DNA from: Phoronis australis
Taxonomy: Eukaryota; Animalia; Phoronida
Direction: 5' to 3'
Assembly: GCA_002633005.1 (NCBI GenBank)
Contig: NMRA01000328.1
Coordinates: forward strand, 185,195-249,194
DNA length: 64,000 bases
In this document: positions 1-13,558 of the stretch, piece after piece
Layout of the letters: every line of letters starts with the position of its first letter
Position numbering within the stretch: the first letter of the stretch is position 1
Notes under the pieces: generated by a model
Seen by the model: only the letters and a program-made list of their open reading frames with translations
Databases searched by the model: none
What the model was told of the DNA's origin: nothing
Translations under genes and position numbers: made by a program

Positions 1-2155
1 GGGAAAAACAACATGATAATAAATAAATAACAAATAAGCATACACCTCAACCCTTTTTTGCTCTGATTACAACACGTTCTCGAAAAAGAACAACTAGCGA
101 AGCATAGCACTGACCAATTGGATGCACTGGCAATGGGGCATCAGAAACATTCCCCCTACCACCACTTTTGCACTTCACGTTGTTTGCTCCCTCCGTTGTT
201 GTCCATTTTGCTGAATTCTCCTCATAATACTTCATTGTAACTACCGGTAAGACGCCAAGTAACATGGATTTTCAATGGCAAACAAGTGTAGTGGACAGAA
301 AGAAAAAAGTCATCTATCCCGAGTTATTTATGCAGAATATTTTTTATTGAAATTGAACAGTGGTCACTACTTGAGTGGTTGCAGCAGGTCATTGCCTGAA
401 GGTCATTGCACCAGTCATGGCCTATCCAGGGCAGGATTATGACTAAATAATAAAAATGACCAATTATCTCCTCTGTTGCCAAACCTACACACTAGCATGG
501 CTTCAGAAACAGTAATCAATAGGTTGACCATACTGGCATCACCCCATGAAACAGGAAGAGACAAACAATTTGTAAATGTACCTGCCAGGTAATCACCCCC
601 AGTTATTCACTATCAAGCACAAACAGGAATATTATCTCCACTAAAACAGGTATTGTAAGAGCTTTAGATCTGATGTAAAGCACTTGGATTTAGGGTAAAC
701 CAGCGCCTTAAAGGGAACTTTCTACGTAAGTTCCAACAAGTAGCAGTATAAATGCTTCTACAATTTTTAAAACCTTTAAAAAATCTAGTATTTGTGTATT
801 AATAATGGCCATTGTAGATTTTTGCAGCATTAACACTATATTCACTTGCAGTTCAGTTGCATAAATTATCACCTTGTATATCAGCAGTTGGTCAGTATCT
901 GGCCATATGAATATTGTCATGGTAAAACTCTTCATTTCCAGAAAGTGACACTATAAACTTATTTTTTGAAGCAGGCAATGTCTCCAGTCCACAGTAAAAT
1001 AAACACTTTCAAAAAGGTTTAAGTGGTTCCCTTCCATCACAAAAACAACTTTTGATTGAGACCACTTACCATTACCATATGAAATTGGTTGTTGATTATT
1101 CCTTAATCATAATAAATGAGATTTCTGGGCATAAAAAATCCGATTTGCCATGACATGTCATTTTTCTCCCTCCAACATGATTTCAAGCTAACAAACAGCC
1201 AGGACTAGCAAGACCAAAAAATCACTTGTCATGTATGCAAGTTGACTATTAGGTCAATGTTACAGGGTAGGTGGTCAAAATCTACAGGTAAGTTCTTCAA
1301 TAGTCATTAAGTTTACCTCAGTCCAATATCTTAGATTGAAAGTAACATGTAGGTATAAGTATTTCACGATGGCATTTAATTCAAGTAAAAATTGCAATTC
1401 ACAAAAAAGAAAATTGACCAGGTGCTACTTTCAGAATTTTACTATCTCCAACTTCAGTATTTGAAGAATGTCTAACTCTTTGGAACTTATCCTCGCCTTG
1501 AGAAATGACAACATGAAACGGGTTGTGAGGGTACTGTGTTCTGATTGTAATTGGAATAAGCTTTGGTCTAGACTGCCTCTTGAACCCTTCCCATCAAGGG
1601 TTTTGGTGTGACTCGTCTTCACTCAGGTATAACATTGTTAGTACACTAATTTCAAAATCCCAAGAAACTGTCCGACCTTACTGTCAAAAAATGCAACAAA
1701 AATGCCACTTGTAGCTTCAGTTACTCTCCTGGGGCAGTTCCAAAGATCATGTCACAACAATGACCCCATAGTGCAGTACAGTTACTACCTGAAGGCCATG
1801 CAGACTCTCAACATCTATGCCTAATGTATCAGTTTTGAGGACTGTTGCATCTAGAATTTTTACTTGTGAACTCCTAGACCTTAAAGGAGAAGGCAACCTT
1901 TTTCGTGTTATTTTTAGTAAAAATAAGTTTCGTTGATTATCCCAGATATATTTTTCATTCAATAATGGCTTCCTGTAATTTTATTATCTAGTCGTGCCTT
2001 ACTCCAGAAGTGACGTTTAAGGGTTAAGAATTTCCTGCCATTTTGTTTTCATGTTATTAGTCTGACTGTTTGAGCTCTCCAGTCATTCATTGTTTTCATT
2101 ACCTGGGTTGTGATAAGTTCAGTGGTAGTATGAATTTGTTTAGGAGTCAGTCAAC

Positions 2156-2832
2156 ATGCCACATTGTTGCTGCATAATGAGGTGTACTCATTATGGTCTC
2201 ACTCACACTTTGGTAATGCCATTACACCGCTTTCCGAAAGATGACATGCTCTGCCGTACTTGGCTCATTTCTGTAAAGAAGGCACTGTCATCCTACACGC
2301 AACGTACAAAGCAGTGGAGAATTACCGAGTGTGAGGCAAGCATTTTCTGTCATCGCATTACGAAAGGGATAAGTACGTGGAATTGGTGTAGGTTCCTGCA
2401 AAACAATGTAGATGGGTGCCATACTGTCATTGCTGATTCCCCGCAATGCCCCATCGCCACCCCTGAGAAGAGTATTTTTGAAGCGAGTAGCCTCACGAGC
2501 TGTGTCCTCTACAGCGACTGGAAGCCCTCCCGGACCGAATTTATCCCAGAGCGTGCAATTCCTGGAACTAGCAGTGATTGACCCTGTGCTAGTGTTGTCT
2601 CCAGCCCGGCCAGAACCTGTAAGCAGCCTGGCTGCAGCGATGTTGACTAAGTGAATACAGGTCCAGTGCGACACCTTGAGTGGGGAGAACAGTTGCTCGT
2701 CCAGTGATCTGGCCGCTGAGCCAAACTTTGATAAGTTTATTACAGACTTGACTAAAGTACTGGAGCTAGAAGGTGCCAGGTGTGTGGCGAGGGAGTCACA
2801 CAGCGGAATTTAAGCAGCCTTTGGGTGCTCAG
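2156..2832 (+). pseudogene. Frameshifted N-terminus of a THAP-domain Kolobok transposase
   Basis: MPHCCCIMRC...LHRFPKD...RTWL is a THAP start. The better-preserved paralogue at 53712 gives VCGKHF...LKKSTIP. No DDE region is retained. Confidence 0.75.
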
Positions 2833-3099
2833 GCCACCATCCAGTGAGAACAGGATAGGCTTTCCACTGAGGTCGGCATAAAAGTGCACACCGTGCACTT
2901 GCACCAAGACAAGTCCCACCATGTCTGCTCTCAACCTCTGCACTGCTGTCTGTGCATATCCTGTCTCACTATACTCGGGCTCAAACATATATCCACCCAC
3001 TGACTGTTCGTGAAAAATTTCCCCGTCACCACTGCTATGAACAATGCCTCCGTCACTCATGTCACTGTGTCTGTGATATGGGTCGCCCAGTCCAGCCAT
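2829..3099 (-). pseudogene. KolX-like (P2X7 ballast/Cys-rich-like) N-terminal remnant
   Basis: GGYMFEPEYS is followed, after a frameshift, by SWCKCTVCTFMPTSVESLSC (WCxCxxCxxMPTxxE pattern). Confidence 0.65.
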
Positions 3100-5995
3100 T
3101 TTCAAGCTACTAAAAACTATACAATCCCTTAATCCAACGTAACTGAGTTCTCTAACAACCTAGCTTGTCGTATAATACTCGTGGATGGGAAGTGGTGACG
3201 ACAATTTTAGGAGACCAGCACAAAAACAACAGTAGAACAGATCCTCACAGTAAACTTTAATGCACTAAGAAAAAAAATGGTGGGAAAAAACCCCTAAATA
3301 TCACTTCTGGAGTAAGGCACGACTAATTAATAAAATTACAGGAAGCCCCAATTAACGGAAACATATGTCTGGGATAATTAACATACTGTGTTTTTACTAA
3401 AAATGACATGAAAAAATGTTGCCTTCCCCTTAAACACCTGGAGGTTTATGGTCCAAATCCTGACCAATCATGATGCAAGAATTTCATCATTCCCGGCTGT
3501 ACACCTGTCAAGTGGTAAAATGTTTAGCACTTGAGACAATGTACTCATTAAGCATTTGAAGAATAACTTGAAAAATGACAAATTTCTCAACATTAGCACC
3601 GTCAATTAATGTGAAGAACAGCATTTTCTCACAACTTAAGACTACAGTTATAATCTGTTTTGTAGCTCTCTCATGTAACTGATTTGAACCTATATTCTCT
3701 TCAAAGTATACAATATAGTTTAAAACTGCAGTTTGTCTAGATTAGGTGCTCCAATATTAACAGGAAACCCCACCGAAGATTGATAAGTTAAATGCTAAGC
3801 GAGGTAGCTTATAAAAACAGCAAACCAGACAAAGAAGCAGATGGTAAGAGGCACTAACATCAAAAATAAATAACACAATTTCTTCTATGTGCTAAGGTAA
3901 CACAGACTGTAAAAGAACTAAAAAGAACAAAAAATGAAAATAGTCTCCAACGATCATTAGATAAATCAGCTTTTTGCCTCATGTAAGAGGTTGATATCTA
4001 CTGTCTGAAGGTTCAAAATAGGTTCCTTGGTCTGAAGGTTCTATAGTCCAAAGATTCGATATTCCAACAACAAACCTTGATGGAAGGTTCTTTATTCTGA
4101 AGTTCTATAGTCCAAAGGTTCTATAGTTGGTTCTATGTAACATGAACACTATGGACCACTTTTTTGAAATAGTTTGAAGTATAGAAGCTTTGGACTATGG
4201 ATACACAGTCCCCGGGTAAGAGAGCTACTGAATATTTAAGAGAGTAATGGATTTGTATTCTAAGATATCACCACATTTGTTACCCGGTATGTGATGCTAC
4301 TACAGTAGACAATAGGGTGTTGACTAAAAGACAAAAATCAAATTGGACCTTTTATTCTTATACAATTGACATCAATTTTCCTTTTCCTTAACAAATCGTT
4401 GATTTTATTAAAGTTTGGTCAACTCTGAAGTTCAAAACTGGCACATAGGGAATTCTATTAAAAAGATGTCAGTCACGTGACAATTATGACCATTTCTGTG
4501 AGCACACAAGGCTAACGACACCAGTTGACTTAAGTTGTAGTCATGACGTTTTATACACAACAAGATTAAGGCTTGTAGTGAATGAGGGACAATCCCATGA
4601 CAGATATTTTGTTGTCCTAAGAAGCTCAGAAATTTACTTAGCAACTCACTGGACATCAATTCGGGCTTCTTAGATATACTAATGCTTTTTAAAGGCATGA
4701 AATCATTGGATGAAAGGTCAAAGTTTATAGTGATCTTCAGCAGGACAGAATATGAAATGCAGCTTTGGAATAGTTAGTGTTAATTTACATCTAAATTTAT
4801 CATTTCTATGCAATGTTGTATTGTATTGTTTTGTATTGCATTATTTTTTTTCACATGGACATATGTAGTTATTTTATGTTAACATATGGATATTGGTGGA
4901 GCCTGTGTCTGCAATAAGGTTCTTCATTCTTTCATTCATTACACTATTTAGAGGTGAAATTCGTTTTACCAAAGTTTCGATAAGTGGGAAAATTTGGTTA
5001 ACTCTGGTCGTTAATTTGCAAGTGAAAATAGTACGACTTAAAAGCGAAACCTCAGTGTAGCGGGAGCAGCCAAAGTGAAGTTTTGCCGAAGTTATCAGTA
5101 GAGGTCGCAGCAACGATATACAATCATGTGAGATTCACAAAACGCGTTCTTTGATATTGTAGCGAAGCCGATGCTCTCTCAACTAGACAGACGTAAATAA
5201 ATCAAAGAAAGCATATCAGATGAAAAACGAAACTGATCGTTTTCATAAACACTTGTAAATGGCAGGAGAACAATTTTCAGTTAACCTCCAACTCACTACT
5301 CCATATTCGTTTGAGAGTACGAATGAACAGCATCGTCTGGTGTCATAACGATAACTTTGATATAGCTGTTGAGTTCGAAAAGTAAGCGAAGTTTCAGTAA
5401 AGTATCAGTGAACTGAAGTTCCCCAAATGGGAAAGTGCCTTTACACAGCTCATTAGAAGCTTGGTAACAGTTGTAATTGGCTTCTCCATTAGGTCATCAG
5501 TGACCATTAATTCTACTGTCTTGACACAATGGTGTAAGCACAATTATACAGCTACACCAGAGCATTTCATTTTGTGCACTCTCATAGCCTAATTGACATT
5601 GTTTAGAGGGTAATTCTTTTGTGTGCCAATCCCTTTGACAGTTAGGGTCTTGTGTTGCATAACCTTCTAAAAGAATGTTGACCGTATTTTCAGCAGTTAA
5701 CAGAAAATGGCACCAATCACAGTCAGGAGGACTGAGAGCCACCATTTAACTGCTTTCAAAATGCCCCAGTAATCACTGTATGTCATTCTGATTTTTAAAT
5801 TAAAACAAGAAAATATGATGTTTAATCAACAATGCAAAATGTTTAACAATAGCAACGGCTGGCAGAACGCTGAAGTGTGCCTACCATGTGCACAGCATAA
5901 ACCGCATATACTAAATGGAGCAAAATTGCTCGTATATTTGAAATAGCCTGTATTAGGGGATGCACAGCAATTCATCAGTGGTCTCCTCAGCAGGA

Positions 5996-7426
5996 ACACA
6001 CTTGTGGCAAGACCAAAAAACTGGCACTCGGGGGGCACAGTGGTAGTTAGATATGTCCAAATGTCATCATCTGTTGTCACGCTCATAGAAATACACTTGC
6101 CACATTTCACAAAGATCCAGCAGGGAAAAACAGAAAACGCAAAAAAACCAAAGCTGCCACTAGGGGATGCCACAGTAGTCACATGGTCCAAAAATCATCA
6201 AAAATGCTCTTCCCACTAGGAACACATTAACCAATTTTCAAAACAATTGTTAGAGTGGTTTGTCCAATAGAGATGGACGACAAAACCTGAGACTAAAACA
6301 TAATAAAAAACTGCCAATGGGAAGCGTACACTATGTCAAATCCATCTGAAAATGAAAAGGTGTCATTGCCTCATTAAATTTCATAAAAATCCATCAAGGA
6401 ACTCCAAAAATACAGAGGAAAACATAAAAAATAAAATTGCCAGTAAAGGCACAGCAGGATCCGTCTGAACATCATCATCACCATTTTTCATCTCCATATT
6501 AAATTTAATAAAGAACCTGCACATGGTTTATGAGATACATCCCCGGATGCAAAGAAAACAAAACTGCCACTAGAAGTCCAAAAATCATTGTCAGCCGTCC
6601 TCTTCCCAGTAAGAACATATTTTTAAATTTTCATAATCATCCTATTTAGAGTGGTTTGGTCGATGCCAAAAACAGACTCAAAAATAATAAAAGTGGCCAC
6701 TAAGTGGCATGCACTGCGTCAACTCCATCTGAAAACAGAAAGATATCATCACCTCCTTTAAAACAGAAATCAATTTTGCCAAATTTCATAAAAATCTGTC
6801 CACGAATTCCAAAGATATAGAAGAAATTGGGAAAAAATGCTACTAGGGGGCACAGAGGCGATTGGATCCTGTCCGAAAGTGATCGTCATCAGTTGTCATC
6901 TTCATATTAATACACTTGCCAAAGTTAACAAAGATGCTGCAGATGGTTTAGGAGATACAGCCATGGATGTAAAGAACATAACTGCCATTAGGAAGAGCCA
7001 CTGTAGTTGGAGCTGTCTGAAAATCATTGTCGGCCGTCCTCTTTCCAGTAGAAACATACGGTATATGCCAATTTTCATAATAATTGGCCTATAGAGGGGT
7101 GGGTGGCAAAAACAGACTAAAAAATGCTAGAAAATGGCCACTAGGTAGTACAAAATACGTCAAATTCATTTGAAAATGTGAATGTGGCATCATCTTCCCA
7201 ATAGATACCTATTTGCCAAATTTCATGATAATCCGTTAAAAATACACGAACATAGAGAGGCAAACGTAAAAAATAAAATTGCCACTAGGGGGCACATTGG
7301 TAGTTAGATATGTCCTAAAATTTGCTCGTGCTGTCCCATCCATGAGAACACATCAGGAAAATTTTATGAACATAATAGCAAGGGAGGGAGGGATGGAGGG
7401 AGAGGGAGAGAGAAAGAGAGAGAGAG
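5996..7426 (+). repeat. Dispersed repeat built from degenerate subunits rich in GCCACTAGGGGGCA, ending in a (GGGA)n(GA)n microsatellite
   Basis: Recurrent motifs GCCACTAG(G/A), CCAAATTTCAT(A/G)A and GGTTTAGGAGATACAGC. Same family as 42050-43130. Confidence 0.75.
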
Positions 7427-10271
7427 CTTCCTTGTACTGACACAGTTTGCTGGCTATGACAATTAGATGACATAACCCAAACACCAAAATGGCATTCTAG
7501 AAATGTTCACAAGAGACAATCTGAACATGGCAGACAAAATGGCTCTGACTGGGGGTCTTGGTGGGCGCTGGAGCATGAAAGGGCTTTTTAAAGACTTCCT
7601 TTTCAACCGATAAAGGCAGTGATCAAAGGACTAGTGAGAATTTGAGAACAGCAATCATTTGTTTACATTTAATATTCAGTGGTGACAGATAACAACACAA
7701 ATATTTTCAATTGGATGAGTCGAGTGAGGAGGTCTAGTTCACTGTTCTTACCAAATATTATATACCAGCATTTTGGTTTACAACCCAAGAAAACTGGTGT
7801 AAACAGAAACTAACTTTGTGGTTCAACTTGAGAGTTGGAAGTTAATGCGAAAATTGGTATATCTTATGTTTATTGAGAGACTCATTAAATCTAATTTAGA
7901 GTTTCCCTGCAGCTGCAATTTTTGAGGACATAACAATCTAATATGCAATCCTTAAGAAAATTGGGTGTTGGTTAGCGTTGGTATTTTACTGGTATTTGAA
8001 AATATATTACAAATGTTTGGATAAAGTGTTCCTCTGTCTATAACAACTTTTACACAAAAGCTGCATTGTGGTCATGTGAAACCTGTGTTGAGTAGCATTG
8101 AACTACAATTTGAAACTTGCTGTTCCTAAACCATGATTCTGGTTTAATCGCAGCTTACTTGGTTCTGTGTGTTTTCATTACCCCTATCTAAGTGTATAAA
8201 GACAGTAAACTATGCCCCAGATGAATACTTTCTTCTTTAGACCTGTTCCGCAAGTTAAATTCCAAAACTTATTTCAAGTCATTTGGAAAATAGATGACAA
8301 CTACAATAAAAGCACCTTCTCGCACTCACTACTTGCACAACTTTATTTGCAAGAATTACAACCAGTTCACTAGTCCAAACATAAGTACTGAGAAAAGCAG
8401 AAGTCACTTCAGTCTAGACAAAATCACACTGTCCATGTTTCAAGTACAATTCTACAAGTTGCAACAAAACCAAAGTTTGCCACATGTTCAGTGCTGTGGT
8501 GGTAAAATTATAGGTAAGTAAGTGCCGAAAGCCCACCGTATCACCTTGAGCACTGAACGTAAATTACGGTGCGTAGGCGCAATGTTCAAATACCAAAAGG
8601 TGGTTGACTGCGCCTACGTGCACCTATGCCCCACTACAGCACTGCACATGTTTGCTGGAAACAGAAACATTGTTCAGTTACACCTTTTGCACGCATTTCT
8701 ACAGGAGTGGTGCATTTTTATCCCCAGAACTCTAGCAAAGCCCAATGTCACAACATCAAATGCCTGAGACTCCATCCAATCCCTCACTTGCCAAAGGCTC
8801 AGACCTATTGTTAGAGGTGGTGAGGCTTGATTAAGCCTGATCTTATCTGGTCATAAACAGTGGTAAACAACTCAGGCCTAATTTACAAAAGCTTCAGACT
8901 AAAAGTTCGAAAAAATAACCTATAGTACAAGATGTTTTTCCAGGCAGCAAAAAATTAACAGAGTTGAGTCTTTGGTTTGCAAAAATCCCAAACAATCAAC
9001 AGAAGCCAAAAACACAACTTGAATAGCACCCAAAAGACTTTAGATTTCAAAGTACTGATTACATTTCCACTTCCTTACTTTAAAGATCTCCACATACAAT
9101 AGACAGGTTCAATAGGCCTTGCAAACATTTTGTATTTTCAGAAGGCTTTGGGGGTAACGGATGTTAACGACAGAAACTCTTGTCATGAAAGACTCATCTG
9201 ATTAAAGCGATTTTTTATCTCTGTAGAAAAATATGACAAAGATAAGATTCATTCTGCTTATTTTTAGCATTTGACATTGGAGAGGCTGCAGTGTAACATC
9301 TTTGTATGAACCAGACTTGATGTATTGTTCCAAAGTTACAAATATTTTCACACCTGAAAACACCCACTTTCACACTCTCTACAGTTTCACCAACTATGAA
9401 TGGAATGTGATGGCACCATGGTGCAGCTATTACTTCACACCCTTGGTCAATAACCCTGGCTTAGTTTTAAAAACAACTTATGACCCTAGCTGCCTGTCTC
9501 AGAACAAAGGGGTGACAATTACACTTACACAAAAGAATGTGTTAAATCACTGGTAGCATTCAAGGTTCTATGGTCCCATTAAGTCATTAGTAGAGCTACT
9601 GCTGGTGTCACCTTCAATGACATGACGTCATCATACTTGGACCAATGTGTAATGCAGTTTGCAACATCCTACTATGACATCCCATGAGGTCACCTTCAAT
9701 GACTTCAAGTTATCATTCACAAAGTCAGCATCCATGGACCAATGTGTTACACTGCAAGTAACGCCTACTGTCAAACGGGCTAGGGTCCCATTACTGGGGT
9801 CACCTTCCATGACTAGAAGTTATCGTTTACAAAGCAAACACTTACAAAAAATCGCTGAAATATTAGTTAGTCAATGCTTTGTGCCAAACGGTCATATAGG
9901 ATGGCATGGTGATTACAAATACGGTAATACATGCGTGACATATGTCCTCAATAATATCATAACAGGTCACGGCCCACCAGTACAGGTTGCATTCTTCAAG
10001 GTTAGTGTATTCTGATGACATCACAAAGTTGATTTTGTCGCTTTATTGCACCTGTTTAGGTCCAGTATTAAAAAAGTGAATTTGGTACCTTCAGATATAC
10101 CTTGAATCCAGATCTTAGATAGGCTGAGCCACTGTAACAGCTAGCTTATGGCTGGCAATTCTGAGATCATTTGGGATGGGGTGCAATTTTGATTGGATTG
10201 ATTTGATATCACAAAGCAATGTATTCGATAAAAGCAAAACATCCCATGGTTAAACACCCACATTTTCAGAG

Positions 10272-10341
10272 TTTGACTTATAAATTTGACTTACAAATTT
10301 GACTTATAAATTTGTCTTATAAATTTGACATATAAATTTGT
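10272..10341. repeat. 13-bp minisatellite (TTTGACTTATAAA) x~5
   Basis: Seen directly. Confidence 0.9.
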
Positions 10342-12543
10342 CCAACTTTGCAAATTGGACTTGGCATAAAACATATTTAAAAGCAATGTAATTAGATGTC
10401 CATATCAGCGCCATACCAAAAATAAATGGTGCCTTAGTAAAACATTTTATTTCTTCAAAAAGATTCAACGGATGATGAAGCTGTTACTCTGATACCTGTG
10501 GTGGATTTTGTGTTTTATGTGTCTACCTGGAATACTTGAGTCAAAAACATTCAAAAGCATTCACAAACAATGCCAAATAACTAAAGAAGGAAACACTATT
10601 CAGAGGCAAAAACTAGAAGTATGTTTTAAAGTTAATTTACAGGTCCATTTAACATGTTAGTTTAAAATATGAATTTCATCAATTTCTATTTTTTTTGTAA
10701 TTTTTATTAAACTCAAACATCTCAAAATATGTAAATATGTCTCTGTTCATTTAGCAGATTTTTCAGAAAGCTTTATTAAACAAATTTTGTAGTGTTTGGT
10801 AGATTTGTTAAGAATTTGCCCTCCCAGATCAATTCAAAACAACACAATGGCATCTAGAATGTTAATTTCATGTAAAACACAACAGATATGCGTAAATAAA
10901 ATACACTAAAACCAGATGTTATTACTTGCAAATTGCAATCTTTGTTGAAGAAAATTGGCAGCATAAGGAAAAATGGGGGATATAGAAGCATTCAAGTGGA
11001 ATTATGAAAATAAAATGGCCGCTATGCTTCTGCCATCAATGATTGGACCGCGATGAAACACAAAAAGGCATTAAAGATTCAGATGTTGCGTAAACCTCAT
11101 GCCTGAATTAGACGAGAAATGCGACCTGTTGTGTGCGAAACACACAAAATTATTCACAAATGAGATGGACAGAGTGGCATACTTGATGCAATTTATTGCC
11201 CCAACTTATAAGAGTCCTGAGCAGGCTGCCTGGAACCATAAGTTTGTCATTTTGAACTTGGAAGGGGTAACTACTCTGCATAGTGGCTAAGAATTTTGCA
11301 AACATTTATAAATCATGGGTGTTCTTCACACACGATGGGCCTTTTGAAATTGATACACCATAAATGTCTCAGCAGACCTGTATGAGTAAACACAGCTTAA
11401 CAAAGGGTTTATGGTCCAGGCTAAGGTGATAATTGTTTTATTACCTCCTATGGGTTTTGAAAAGCCAAGCCCAGACCATCCTAAATGGCCAGCACACTTA
11501 CTTGGGATGGTCGAAATTCTTGAGCAAACAGCAAGCCTTTCTTCAGTGAATGACAAGCGATTTCACGCCCCTACACTTTTAAAGCTGATAGTGTCAAAAC
11601 GACAAGAGTTACCAAATGAATTAAGACATTTGTTATCAGTTTTTGACTATGTTGCTAGAGTCCAATCAAATATTAGTGCAACCAGTTTTATTTCTCTCAG
11701 ATTGCAGTCACAGCCATTTTGCTGACTCAGCCAAGGCGTAGAATGAACACACGTATCCACGTACACACAATGAAGACCAAGCACTTTGATTACCAGGGAA
11801 CAAGTGGGTGTTTAAGATAAAATTGGGCAAGTGTTTGTGTGGTCAAAGAAGGCCATAGCTCATGCATAATCCATGATAGATTGTTGATGACAGCCACAAG
11901 AACATGGCCAATTTTAGGTTGTTGTGTTTAGGCAGACTGAATTTGGCAACATACAGTAATGCAACAGAAAAACGACTTTAGCAATTAAAGCTACAAATTT
12001 TCTTGCATAAACCTGACCTTTTAACATGCTGTATGAAAAATTGTTTAAAGCTGCACATCACCCTGTTTAGGTGGCTAAAAAGTAAATTAGTAAATTTTTC
12101 AGTTACACCTTTTGTACACACTTCTATATGAATCTGTGAATTTTTACCCCAGAGCCTCTAAAAAGTATCAAGTCACATTCAAATCCTTATAGACTCCAAT
12201 CCCTCACATGTCCAAGGCTGATCTATGGTTAGTGTGGCAAGTCTTGATGATGTGCAGTCTTATCTGGTCATAAACTGTGTTTTACAACTCAGGCCTCATT
12301 TACAAAAGCTAAAATTCATAATGTCTTCCAGCAAGAAACATGACATGGGAATAGCGTTTACAGACTGCTAAACCAAGACTAGGCTAGGAGAGGTGCTTTG
12401 CCCTACACGGTGTCACATGACATCAAAGCATTGTTCTGGTAACAGCACGGTACACCCCAGCCAAGCAGGAAGTTAAACCTTTTTATAAAGAAATGCTCCA
12501 TTTACACCGTAACTGAGCTTGTAAATTTCAACTGCCCCTTAAC

Positions 12544-12994
12544 CAAGGTACCTAAACTACATGGTTAACGGACTAATAAACACGGCCCACAGACGCATGA
12601 ACACGACTCACGGACCTGCAAACACTGTCCACTGACTCACAAACGTGGGAACGGACTTACAAAACATGATCCACGCACCCAAATACATGGGACACGGACT
12701 CATAATCCCAAGGAAACACGGTTAACAGACCGCCAAACACAGTTTACGGACAAAATGGAGATGTCAGCTGACCCAGGAAGCCGATGAGTCCGTGATCTGT
12801 GTTTGGCGGTCCGTTAACCGTGTTTCCTCGTGAATATGAGTCCGTGTCCCGTGTATTTGGGTGCATGGACCGTGTTTTGTGAGTCCGTTCCCATGTTTGT
12901 GAGTCAGTGGACGGTGTTTGCAGGTCCGTGAGTCGTCTTCATGCGTCCGTGCCCGTGTTTATGAGTCCGTTGACCGTGTAGTTTAGGTACCTTG
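12544..12994. mobile_element. 451-bp foldback (palindromic) MITE
   Basis: CAAGGTACCTAAACTAC ... GTAGTTTAGGTACCTTG. The ~205-bp arms are reverse complements made of ~20-bp ACACGGACTCACAA-like subrepeats. TTAA lies next to both ends. Confidence 0.85.
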
Positions 12995-13513
12995 TTAAAG
13001 GTTAGAAAATAGTGGGCCAGTACATATTTCTACCAGATTAGCGTTATTTGTTTGGAAACACAAAGGGTTGGGTCATGGGCTATCTGCAGATGATCAGGGT
13101 GAGTGGGGTGATGGTGTAATTTGTAAACACAAGTTTTAAGTCATGAAATTAACACATCAATTGGATCTTTGATTTTTTTAAAATTGGTGAACTATTCAGA
13201 CTCAATTCGTAATAATTTTAAATGGCATTGGAAAGACCTCAACTTGCCTACTGCTGATTATCATGTTTCCATTTCATTAGTTTTGGGGTCTCCACATACA
13301 GGTTCAATAGGCGGTGCAAACCTCTCAGGATTTTCAGAAGGCTTTGTAACTGTAGAAAATGTTGCCATGAGGCCTTATACTCTCATAAAATTGGTCTCAT
13401 ACAGGCCTTATCACAACAATATTCTATTTCTGTCACCAACAAGAACATAGAAACCATCAGTGACACAAGCGCTTCAGAGGTTATTGGGGGCTAAGCAACT
13501 CTAAAATTGCACA

Positions 13514-13558
13514 CATTACCTTTGACTTCATTACCTGTGACTTCATTACCTGTGACTT
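13514..13558. repeat. 15-bp tandem (CATTACCTGTGACTT) x3
   Basis: Seen directly. Confidence 0.85.

Larger units (their letters stand above)
1885..3430 (+). mobile_element. Non-autonomous Kolobok (T2-type) DNA transposon, family A
   Basis: Starts TTAA|AGGAGAAGGCAAC and ends GTTGCCTTCCCCT|TAAA. Imperfect TIRs of ~140 bp (1885-2023 vs 3291-3430). Convergent THAP-transposase and KolX remnants inside. Confidence 0.85.
8673..13345 (+). repeat. Old diverged direct duplication (8673-8893 ~ 12097-12310; 9050-9150 ~ 13250-13345)
   Basis: Shared blocks TTCAGTTACACCTTTTG, CCAATCCCTCAC, TCTTATCTGGTCATAAAC, ACAACTCAGGCCT, TCTCCACATACA, CAGGTTCAATAGGC and ATTTTCAGAAGGCTTTG occur in the same order. Confidence 0.75.
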
